Origin: Chiloscyllium plagiosum
Lineage: Eukaryota
Length of the DNA stretch: 33,857 nt
Direction of reading: 5' to 3'
NCBI RefSeq assembly: GCF_004010195.1
Contig: NC_057719.1
Coordinates: forward strand, 32,176,278-32,210,134
Shown here: piece after piece, positions 23,316 through 33,857 of the stretch
How positions within the stretch are numbered: the stretch's first letter is position 1
Layout: every line of letters begins with the position of its first letter
Made by a program: the position numbers and the translations under genes
The notes under the pieces: model-generated
Seen by the model: the letters and a program-made list of their open reading frames with translations, nothing else
The model's database searches: none
What the model was told of the DNA's origin: nothing

Positions 23316-24382
23316 CCATGCACCTGCACTCATAGGACTCTTTGTTCAGCAACACAGCCTCAGGCTCTACCATTAAGTGCATAAGTCCTGCCCTGGTTTA
23401 CCTTATAAAAATGCAACACTTCACATTTATCTAAATTAAACTCCATCAGCCACTCCTCAGCCCATTGCTCCATCTGATCAAGGTCCTGTTGTATTCTTAG
23501 ATAACCTTCTTCACTGAGCACTACACCACGTATTTTGGTGTCATCTGCAAACTTACTAACTCTGCCTCCTATGTTCACATCCAAATCATTTATATAAATG
23601 ATGAAAAGCAGTGGACCCACCACTAATCCTTGCCGCACACCATTGGTCCCAGGTTTCCAGTCTGACAGGCAACCTTCTACCCATTTTCTGACTCCTACCT
23701 TTAAGCCAATTTTGTATTCAATTGGCTAGCTCCCCCTGGATCCCAAGTGATCTAACCTTGCCAACAGTTTACCATGTGGAACATCTTGCTGAAGTCAATA
23801 TAGACAACAGCTACCTCAATGCCTTCATCAATCTTCTTTTTACCTCTTCAAAAACCTCAATCAAGTTAGTGAGACATGATTTCTCATCCCCAAAGTTATG
23901 TTGACAATCTCTAATCAGTTCTTACCTTTTCAAATGCACATAAATGCTATCCTTCAGAAGCCCTCCAAAACTTACCCATCATTGATGTAAGGCTCACCAG
24001 TCTGTAGTTCCCTGGCTTTTCATTACAGCCTTTCTTAAATAATGGCACCACATTAACCAATCTCCAGACTTCTGGCACCTCACCTGTGCCTATCGATGAA
24101 TCAAATACCTCAGCAAGGGGCCCACCAATCACTTCCCTAGCTTCCCACAAAGTCGTCTGAAACACCTGATCAGGTCCCAGGAATTTATCCACTTTAATGT
24201 ATTTTAAGACCTCTGCCACCCCCCATCTCTGTAATATGAACACTTCTCAAGACATCATTATGTATGCTTTGACTTCCTGAGCTTCCATATCCTTCACCAC
24301 GCTAAATACTGATGAGAAATATTTGTTTATTATTGCACCCATCTCCTGCGGTTCCTCACACAGATGGCCACATTGATCTTTA

Positions 24383-24675
24383 GATTAGATTAGATGCCCT
24401 ACAGCCCAACAAGTCCACACTGACCCTCTGAAGAGCAACCACCCAGACCCATTTCTCTCTGACTAATGCAGCTAACACTATGGACAATTTAGCATGGCCA
24501 ATTCACTTGACCTGAAAGTCTTTGAACTGTGGGAGGAAACCAGAGCACCCGGAGGAAACCCAAGCAGACACGGGGAGAATGTGCAAACTCCACACAGATA
24601 GTTGCCCGAGGCTGGAATCAAATCTGAGACCCTGGTGCTGTGAGGCAGCAGTGCTCACCATTGAGCCACTATGCC
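24383..24675 (-). mobile_element. HE1-type SINE inserted in the host CR1
   Basis: Aligns with 1234-1541. (agatt)n tail. Near-TSD atcttta (24376-24382) / atctcta (24676-24682). Confidence 0.9.
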
Positions 24676-25759
24676 ATCTCTAAGGGGCCCTATTCTCTCC
24701 GTAGTTACTCTTTTGCCATTAATGTACTTATAAAATCTCTGTGGATTCTCCTTAATTCTGTTTATCAAAGCTAACTCATGTTCTCTCTTTGCCCTCCTGA
24801 TTGCCCTCTTACGTTTACTTCTACTGCCCTTATACTCCTCTCGGTATTCACTCAACCCCACCTGTCTATAACTAACATGTGACTCCTTTTTCTTGATCAG
24901 AGCCTCAATTTCTCTAGACATCCAGCATTCTCTACACCTATCAGCCTTGCCCTTCACGCTAACAGAAATATATTTTATCTGAACTCTCGTTATTTCATTT
25001 GTAAAAGCCTCCCACTTCCTGACATGGAGTGATGTAGTACGTCGTATTGATAGAGCTGATTATAAACAACATGGAAGAGAAATGTATTGTAAATGCAAAT
25101 AAATGGAAGGTTTCACAAGAAATGAAATGGAGTTTGCATTGATCTAATAGGGTCAAAAATTATTTGCTTGAGGAATTTCTGTTACTCCCAACAGGACTAT
25201 TTACAACTAGCTCTACACTGAATTTTCAAGGAAGTGTTTAGTCACCATCAGTTGTAAGTGACTCATAATGACAATACGAATGGTGTGAAATAAGTTATGA
25301 AACATGGGAGAAATGAAAAGTCTTAAACTGATTTGCATTTTTACCAGTTAATTTCGAACCTTGTTGCAGTACAAGTGATGGAAATATAGTCTAAACGTGA
25401 ATTTTAATTTTAATTCTACAAAAAGTATGAAACATACCAGAAACAGCCTCAAACTGTGTTATGTGTGGTCTGGGTAACTGCATTAAATATGTCAGTAAGT
25501 GGAAATTTATGCAAGTCAAAGTGTTTTTCCAAATATCTGAAGGCAAGGCATCAAGAATTTTGATCTTAGGTGGTTCATTGTGAATTCTGAAAATGTTCAT
25601 AGCTTCAGTTTTGAAGTATTTGGTGACAGTTAACGATTCTCCATGTCTAACATTAATTAACAATTTAAACAAAGAGAAATTGTATTTATCTTACGCATCT
25701 GACTTGCCAGCCTTCTGCTTTTATGGTTTGTGAAGTGGCATTTGTATTGGCATAGACAA

Positions 25760-25835
25760 GAGTGGCCACATTCCCAAAATAATAATTGGAAGTATACTGG
25801 GGATGTGCAAGGCTCTATATAAATGCAAGTTCTTT
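25760..25835 (+). mobile_element. L2/SINE-type 3' tail remnant
   Basis: ggctctatataaatgcaagttc tail motif. Confidence 0.4.
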
Positions 25836-25904
25836 TTCCTCTGTTGAAGGAATTGTAGGCATTATATCACAGCCTTCATAATTTCTGTGAACTTCCAACC
25901 AAAC

Positions 25905-26420
25905 AGAACAAGAACAAAGATCAGTACAGCACAGGAACAAGACCTGAACAAGCCCTTCAGCCCTCCAAGCCTGTGCTGACACATTTTGTCTTCCACACTA
26001 AAACTGTCTTCACTGACAGGATCCATATCCTTCTATTCCTTTCCTCTTCATGTATTAATTCACATACTTCTTGAATGCTACCATTGTCCACCACCTTCTC
26101 TGGCAGCACCTTCCAGGCGCTCACCAACCGTTGAGTGAAAACATGCCTCACACATCTCTTTAAACATTCCGCCCCCACCCCTGCATTTTGAACCTGTGTG
26201 CCCTAGTAATTGACCACTCCACCCTGGAGAAAAGCCTCACACTTTCCACTCAATCCATGCCATTTACAAACTTACCAGCTTCTATCAGGTTGCCCCTGAA
26301 CTTCCTATGTTCCAGTGAAAACAAACACAGTTTATCCAACTTTTCTTCATAGCTAGAATTCCCTCCTGATAAGCCTTTTCTGTACCCTCTCCAAAACATC
26401 CACATCTTTCTGGTGGTGTT
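25905..26420 (-). mobile_element. CR1 LINE 3' fragment
   Basis: FTQRLVSAWKVLPEKVV (ORF 25957-26178) and a (gaacaa)n tail. Confidence 0.8.
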
Positions 26421-26916
26421 GTTATTTTGCTCATTTACAATATTTCAGTGACATGTAACTGGATGCTAGCTTTACTGTTCAATTGTCAATGTAGACAGTT
26501 CAGTACTTGTATTTATAATAATTTGGTATAAGTTAGATGTAGAACAAAAATAGAGCTCTGATATCAGTAACGAGCACTGTTGAATTTGATGAATGGTACC
26601 TTGTGTTTTGAGAGAGTGTTGAGACTTCCGGTACATCTAACAATCAACAATCAAGAAAAAATGATTTACTATCTATACACTAACCTACTGACTTCTGAAA
26701 ATTTACATTCTCTTCCTGTATCCATTTTTCTGCTATATTCCTTTATCCATGTAGCTGTCACAAATTGCAGAGAGTTTTCGAACAGAGAATATACTTCCTA
26801 GCCTTCTCTTTCATAAAAGGATCAGGATTGCTTGTTGGCTTGTTGATTTCCACACTCTTTTTCATTGAGAATGGATATTCCCTTTTTTAGTTCAGAGAAA
26901 TACTTAATCCTGCAAG

Positions 26917-27700
26917 AACAGCAAGATGCTGGAAATTTGAAATAAAAGCAGAAAGTGCTGTAATGCTGCTCATCAGGTCCTGCAGCACCAAAAGGGAGAG
27001 AGACAGAATGAATGTTTTGAGTTCAACTCTTCTGTGGAACTGAAGAGGGGCTGGAAAATATGGTTTTTACTGTGTTTAATTTAATGACATCAATTGCAGA
27101 CATTGGTGACAACTCTGAGGAACACCTCTGCTTTATCAACAAGTGTGACCCTCATTGTCCAGTTGTTTGCTATGTCATCACAACATCTTACTCTCAGCCT
27201 AACATTCCCACCCTTGGCCTGTTGCAGTGTTCCAGTGAACCCTATCGCCCACCTGGAGGAATAACACCTCATTTCCCTCTTCGGCACAATGTAGCCTTCA
27301 GGAATTAACATCGAGTTCAACAACTTCAGAACATGAACAGTGTCCTCCATTTTGATTACTACCTCTCCTCTCACCCTTGTGTTTTGTTTGCATGGTTCAT
27401 TCTCAGCAAAGCTGGCAAATTTTCTGCTAGTCATGTCTACCATTAACATCTATTCTGCATCCAAATTCCCTTTACCAACATTACAATTGCTTTGTCTTGT
27501 GCTGTGGACATTCTCCCTATCTATTCTAATAGTATCTTCTTCTCTTCTGTCAACAGCACACAAAAATATAATTTTCCATCCCCCTTTATTTCTGAAGAGG
27601 AACCATTGGACTGGATATATTAAATTTGTTTCTCACTCCACAGGTGCTGCCAGACCTGAGTTTTTTTTCAGCAGTCTCTGTGTCCCATTTTATTGCTGTT
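26917..27700 (+). mobile_element. Penelope-like remnant with inverted terminal repeats
   Basis: 27090-27337 reads EHLCFI..PVV..LGLLQC..LEE*HLI..PSGINIEFNNF. 26917-27080 is an inverted, diverged copy of 27550-27700. Confidence 0.75.
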
Positions 27701-27829
27701 AGATTGTTACTCTCATGCCCACTTCCTTTATTAACCTTTCACATATCCCTTGCTTCCTGGGAATGGCATGATGTTGGAGGTTTCAGTAATGCACAGCATA
27801 TAATCCAGCTGACCTGGAACCACAGCAGC

Positions 27830-27937
27830 TGTGGTGTAACTATGTCCGCAGTGATGTTAGGAAGGGTGTTCCAAGAGTTTTATCCAGTGGCAATGAAGGA
27901 ATACTGCTATATTTCCAAGTTAAGATGGTGTGTGAAA
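27830..27937 (-). mobile_element. Small fragment of the 6795-7410 LINE family
   Basis: tatatttccaagttaagatggtgtgtga resembles tgtacttccaagtcaggatgggtgtga at ~6977-7003. Confidence 0.5.
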
Positions 27938-28451
27938 GCTCTATTAATAATTTGAGTGCCACCTGTTCAGAGATCTAGGTATAGCTGGGCTGATTCATTT
28001 ACTACCAGCTGGTCCCTTATGCTGTTCCTCGCTGTGAGTTGAAGGAGGCAGACTTTTAACAATAGAACTGCCAATAACTAATTAATTAGTGGTCATGCGA
28101 TGAGAAATATATTAAAAGAATTGTACAGGCTCATGCACTGCTTTTAGTATATCACCAAGAAATGCTCCTAGTGTTTTCAGGCTAAGTCAGAGGTCAAGGA
28201 ATCTCTTCCCTGTCTCCACCAAACCTTTTCACTGTATTTTTATGTAAAAGTACATGTGACAGTAAACTTCTATTATTTTCTATATACTTTTGTGTTGTTT
28301 TGTCATCTTCTTCATTTTCTTCTTCATACTTTTCTTCTTTGCTTCTTCCTCTGCCATGTCCTACTTTTTGCCTTCCATTTCTCCATTTCCTTTGAAGTGT
28401 TGGCTGGGAATCATATTGTTGAAGAAATCTGCTAATGGTTGCAAACCACAT

Positions 28452-28797
28452 GGGCAGCACGGTGGCTCAGTCGTTAGCACATCTGCCTCACCGCACCAGG
28501 GACCCAGGTGTGATTCTGGGTGACTGTCTGTGTGGTGGTTTCATATCCTCCCCGTGTCTGCATGGGTTTCCTCCAGCTGCGCCAGCTTCCTCCCACAGTT
28601 CAAAGACATGCAGATTAAATGGATTGGCTATGCTAAATTGTCCATAGTATCCAGGGTTGTGCAGGTAAGGGACATTAGCCATGGGAAAGGCCAGGTTACA
28701 GGGATGGGGTGGGTCTGGGAGAGATGCTCTTTGGAGGGGCAATGTGGATTTGATGGGCCAAATGGCCTGCTTTACACTGTATCCATTCTAGATGATT
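28452..28797 (+). mobile_element. HE1-type SINE
   Basis: Head gggcagcacggtggctcagtcgttagcac. TSD cacat at 28447-28451 and 28798-28802. Confidence 0.9.
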
Positions 28798-29087
28798 CAC
28801 ATCTGCTCCTCCTCATTCCCATGCTCCTCAATGCCCCACTTTTCCCTTTTAACCCTCTCCCAGTTTCCAACATATATAGTTTCTTTTCTTGCTGCTTTGT
28901 TGCTTGTTTTTCCAACCTTTCCCTTTCTATTTACAGCCTTCCCATACATCCACAACTCACATCTTTTGATACATACCTCTGACTGTTTCTGCTTCTTATT
29001 TTACCACTCCTAATTTCTCCATGAGAGTGCGTACCCTCCTCAATTGTTCCACCATTCTGTATTCTACCTCAATAGTACCCAATTTAT

Positions 29088-29688
29088 AGGAGAAAGTGAG
29101 AACTGCAGATGCTGGAGATCGGAGTCGAGAGGGTGGTGCTGGAAAAGCACAGCAGGTCAGGCAGTATCCGAGAAGCAGGAGAATCGACATTTTGCGCACG
29201 AGCCCTTCATCAGGAATGATGCTTGTGAGCTGAGGGGGGTGGAGAGATAAATGGGAGGATGAGTCAGGCTGCTGGGGAAGGTAGCTGAGAGTGCCATAGG
29301 TAGACGGGGTGGGGGAGGGGGGGTATTGGTGATAGGTTGGAGAGGAAGGTGGAGTAGATAGGTGGGAAGGAAGGTAGACAGGTAGAACAGTTCATGAGGC
29401 AAGAGGTGCCAAGTTGGAAGTTTGGAACTGGGGTAAGGTGGGGGGAGGGGAAATGAGGAAACTGGTGAAATCCACATTGATGCCCTGGGGTTGAAGGGTC
29501 CCGAGGCGGAAGACGAGGTGTCCTTCCTCCAGGCTTTGGGTGGTGAAGGTGTGGTGATGGAGGAAGCCAAGGACCTGCATGTCCTTAGTGGAGTGGGAGA
29601 GGGAGTTGGAGTTGAAGTGTTCGGCCATGGGGCGGTGGGGTTGGTTGGTACGGGTATCCCGGAGATGTTCTCTGAAGTGCTCTGTTCG
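29088..29688 (-). mobile_element. Penelope-like 3' fragment (probably Neptune-type)
   Basis: EHFREHLRD..PMAEHFNS..LEEGHLVFRLGTLQPQGINVDF followed by the terminal repeat. TSD gtacccaatttat (29075-29087) / gtacctaatttat (29689-29701). Confidence 0.9.
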
Positions 29689-30829
29689 GTACCTAATTTA
29701 TGCCATGCTGCCTCATTATAACAAATGCACCCTCGTCATACCCTGCCTCCCCACAGCAACTATTGAGTGCAATAAAACTATTTTATAAGCTACAATGCCA
29801 CAGAGCATGAAGTACATTATTTTTCAGTTCCTGAGATGGGACTAAATGGCCAAATACCAATGTACTCTTTAAGTTGATCTTTGTTGCAGACAACCTTTAA
29901 ATGAGTGAGCCATTTAATATCTGTGCGATACACATCATTGTTAATTTAAAAGAATGAACTTGAGAATGACCTGTGTGGGATGAAGCACAACACTGCAACT
30001 ATGCCCTATCAAGGGAACATTAATCAACACTTTCAACGTGAAGGTAATTAATAATGAAATTGGCAACAGCATGATATAGCTGTGGACTAAGTGGAGACAT
30101 TTACAGTTTTGATAATGGGAGTCAAGAGATCATGGAACGGTAGGCAATAGAAGTGACATGAATGGAAATAAATTTAGGAAAGGGGAGCTATATCATTGGT
30201 GCCTGTTTTTACCAATCACCCAAAGTCAATCCTATGCACTATGAGCTGGATTGCAGCATAGGCACCAATGTTGTGTTAGTTAAGCTGGGAGGCACCCCAA
30301 CCTTGGCTATTTGACAGACATCCCTTGGCCACAACCTAGGTCTATTCAGGAGCTCATTCATTGCCACTGGGATTCCTATCCGATTAAAAGATGGGATCCC
30401 AACCCAAAGAACTGCTTGCTAACCAGAAGACTGATAGCTCTCAGCAATGCCAATGAGATCTAGAGCTAACTGAGAGGAAACTCTGCTCAGGCCAAGGTGA
30501 GTGGGGTCTGACGTCATTGGGCTGGTCATACAGGCAAACATCAGCAAGACTGGGATTGGGGTCTGGGGCTAATGAGGGAGGTGTTGCTATGTAGATAGTC
30601 ATTGTTTCCAGGAACCATTCCACAGGTCAGAGTGCCTAAGTAAACGAGGACACCACTCCGAAATCTGCGTTCACTAGGAACTCTCCCATTGTGGACACGA
30701 CCCACTTGCCACTGGAAAAAAAACACAATGGTAGCAGAAAAATGACTTTAAGTAGCCATTTAAGTGGCACAATTGGCCTTGAGCAAAAGAGATATCCCCC
30801 ATCTTCTCTGCTGTTGAGAGAATGCAAAG

Positions 30830-31651
30830 AGGAACTTTCTAAATCTGCTGATGACACTAAGCTAGGTATACAGATAAGCTGTGGATAGGGAACAAAGAGG
30901 CAAAAGTCAGTGGCCAAAATGATGGCAGATGGAGTATATTGTTAGAGAAGTATCAACTTATTCACTTTGTTCTTAAGAAAAGAAGAAAACAGATTTTTTT
31001 AAAGTGATGTGAAACTCCTAGGTGTTGATGTTACAAAAGACTTAATCAGAATGTAGATACAGCAAGTGATTAGGAACTGCATGTTGGTCTTTATTGCAAA
31101 ATAACTGAGTGCAAGGATAAAGAAGACTTGCAAAAGTTGTATTTGCACATGTAAAAGGATATACTTGCATTGGAGACATAACAGTGAAGGTTCACTAAAT
31201 TGGTCCCTGGGGTAAGGAGGTTCAATGATCCAAGTCTGAGTAAATTGGATCTACATCTTCTTGAGTTTAGAAGTCCAAGATCCGATCTCATTGAGATACA
31301 AGTTATGAACAGGCTTACAGAATAGAAACTGAGAGATTGTTTCCTTCATGGAATATAAAATACTAGGTCGTGGTGTCAGGGTAATGAGCTGATTGGATTG
31401 AGATGAGGAGAATTGACTTCTCCCCAAAGGTTTTGAAGCTTTGGAATTCTCTATCTCAGATGGCTGTGGTTGCTCCATTGTTGAATACATTTAAGACTGA
31501 GTTAGAGTTTTGGTCTCTCAGGAAATCAAGGGATATGGGGAGCTAACAGGAAGGTAAAATTGAAGCTTAAGATCAGTTCTGATTGTATTGAATGATGGAG
31601 CAACCTTGATGGAGCATATGGTCTACTCCTACTCCTATTTCTTGTGTTCTT
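30830..31651 (+). mobile_element. Old CR1-group LINE 3' fragment
   Basis: SKSADDTKLG (decayed FADD motif) and 3' end atggtctactcctactcctatttcttgtgttctt. Confidence 0.75.
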
Positions 31652-33627
31652 TTGCCATAGCAACGGGAAAGGAATGGGAGCAACACATCCACCTTCCCTT
31701 GTTAGATTACACCCTTACTCCCACCTCCACAACCTCCCTAAAGGCCTGATGAAACTCAGCTCTATATATCAAACAATGCATTTTTGATGAGGATTTTATT
31801 AAACATCTCATCGTTGCAAATTGCGATGGTTTTGAAGGAAACTGTTTGCACCTTGAAGCAATTGTCCTATGAGATCTTATTAATGTTACTATTTTAATCC
31901 AATATCGTTGTAATTGTAATGTTTGTTTAAACAGCACTATTTTTGTAATAACACTCATAAATTATATGTGCTTTCAAAGCCACATATAGTAAATTTTTAA
32001 TTGTGGTTTGTTATTGAAAATTAATAACTTCAGATTTATACAATGATTATTTATACAAACACAACAGGGTATATCTGAACATTGTGTGCGATCTCCAATT
32101 AAGATCTTGTTGTTTAGCCATTTCAGTTACTTACAAGATATATCAACATCTTTAATCTTAAAAAATAATTTTAGAAATTCCCACTGAAAAAAATAGAAGT
32201 GCCAGGAAGGAGGTGGGTTGCTGTGGGAAGTGCCAAGTTGTGACTGCAGATTTATCGCAGGAAAGCAAAACACGGTGCTAATTACCTCCATTATTAACTT
32301 TAGCACAATCCTTTTCTAAGTACTTTTAACGGACAAAATATTACTATACAAGAGATATAGTTACAATGGTCATGATAAGTTGTTTTGTGGATGTAAATAA
32401 CACACTGATAGCTGATGAATGGGCAAATAACCCCATTCAGCACGCATCAATGCAACAAACTGAATGAGCTGTCTCCTTATTTATAAATATCCCACAAAAC
32501 CTGAATCCTCTCAATTCACAGTACAACTGGCCTGCCTGCCTTGAAACTGCGATCAAAGGTTTACACATCCAGTTGCCAGGATGGTATCCACAAATAAAAA
32601 CTAGTGGCTTTCACCCAAGTATTTTGTTTTTAATGCAATCAGAGAAAATTGCATTTCCCTTTCAGCTCTGAGCTTTAATTCAATCACAGATCAATGGGTT
32701 ACATACTCCCTAAATGATATTCATAAACTTTCCTCTTACACGGTCCCAGCTCATCCCTTCTAGTTTCTATTCACACCTGGATTATAGATTAGATGCCTAT
32801 GGGAAAATATGTAATTTCTGCTGCATTGGCCATTGAAAGGTATGACTTCTTCAATCTCTCTATCCATGTGTTCAGAATCTGTGATGATCAGGGATCCCTG
32901 TATGGTTGGCTCTATGAGTGGACAAAGTCCCCTATGAACTGAGGTAAAATGCTTTGTTTGACCCTGCAAGAGTTCAAAAGAGTGCTAATATCCATATGTT
33001 TGATAAACTTTACCCAAGTAATTATTTGACATTGTTTCAAGGTTTCTTACTCCCCTCACCAGAATGAGTTCTGAAGGAGTTTCAAAATTTCTATTCCTGA
33101 GCTTCTTCTTGTGAAGGTATTTGTACCATTGAGATGTTTGTAGTAAGGACAAATCACACATTATAATTACAGGTTTTTCGTCATTTTATTGCTTATCTCA
33201 TTTTACCACACATCATACTGAGTAAATGATTCATGTTTTCCTTACTATATTTTCAATCTCTTCACCCTTGTGTTCCCACAAAAGGGCAAGTAAACAAACT
33301 CAGCAGTAACCACTCTGACCAAAATATCTGCTTTATTTTTTATGTTTCTTGTGTATATTTTCACAGCATAACAAGTATAACAGGAGACGTAGTTTGCAGC
33401 TGAGAATTAACTGTTAAATGAGCTATATAAATGCAAATTATTGCTGACATTATAATTAACCTGCTCTGTCCATAGATACTCACTGTATGCTATGAGCATT
33501 TCATTTTTAATTACAGATTTACAACACTTTTTAATTTTAGAACTTTTGTTTTCTGCAAACAAAGTCACATTATTAGTGGAAAAGATCACAGCTGGATTTA
33601 CTACTGGCCAGAAAATCACTTCTGAAG

Positions 33628-33857
33628 CAGAGGTGTTGCTGGAAAAGCGCAGCAGGTCAGGCAGCATCCAAGGAGCAGGAGAATCGACGTTTCAGGCATA
33701 AGCCCTTCTTCAGGAATGAGGAGGGTTTGCCAAGCAGGCTAAGATAAAAGGTAGGGAGGAGGGACTTGGAGGAGGTGTGTTGAGAATGCGATAGGTGGAA
33801 GGAGGTTAAGGTGAGGGTGATAGGCTGGAGAGGGGGTGGGGGCGGAGAGGTCGGGAA
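33628..33857 (-). mobile_element. Penelope-like terminal repeat, runs off the window
   Basis: Close match to 29130-29218 (gctggaaaagc(a/g)cagcaggtcaggcag...caggaatga). Confidence 0.88.
33686..33713 (-). ncRNA. Minimal hammerhead ribozyme core (candidate)
   Basis: Minus strand CUGAAGA-a-GGGC-uuau-GCCU-GAAAC-GUC shows both conserved boxes, stem II, a palindromic ACGU stem III and a GUC site. Stem I is weak. Confidence 0.65.

Larger units (their letters stand above)
9456..25020 (-). mobile_element. Host CR1 LINE, 5'-truncated, in pieces 9456-9723, 10398-10811, 23316-24382 and 24676-25020
   Basis: The pieces are collinear with the plus-strand CR1: KWEAF/RECWM (24655-25020), VPEVWRLVNVVPLFKKG (23947-24243), SKFADDTKI (23360-23638), LYRTLVR (10486-10707) and the tail at ~9456. 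The sequence rejoins across each insertion. Confidence 0.9.

Noticed and set aside
28290..28400. Hydrophobic and acidic short ORFs
   Set aside because: Produced by a low-complexity (TTC)n-like tract.
1234..28797. tRNA-like A/B boxes as tRNA genes
   Set aside because: They are SINE heads followed by SINE bodies and tails, without complete cloverleaves.
1..33857. CRISPR arrays, operons or prokaryotic defence systems
   Set aside because: No regularly spaced repeat-spacer array, and the content is vertebrate transposon-derived.

Overview
Eukaryotic, repeat-dominated window with no recognisable intact host gene. HE1-type SINEs and the CR1/Penelope families point to a cartilaginous fish (shark; inference). 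The centre is a nested transposon stack. An old minus-strand CR1 LINE (~9456-25020) is interrupted by a Penelope-like insertion (9724-10397), an HE1 SINE (24383-24675) and a decayed two-LTR Ty3/Gypsy element (10812-23315, minus) with Gmr1-type order gag-PR-IN-RT-RH. The Gypsy 5' LTR is split by a near full-length plus-strand CR1 (16723-22804), which appears to hold a further truncated CR1. The flanks carry Harbinger transposase fossils, several Penelope-like remnants with hammerhead-ribozyme-like cores, SINEs, L2/CR1 fragments and a probable solo LTR. There are two N gaps. All coding remnants are disrupted. Family assignments come from manual motif reading, not database searches. I found no convincing previously undescribed system. 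The best leads are the hammerhead and promoter modules of the Penelope ends, the inverted Penelope junctions and the nested stack.
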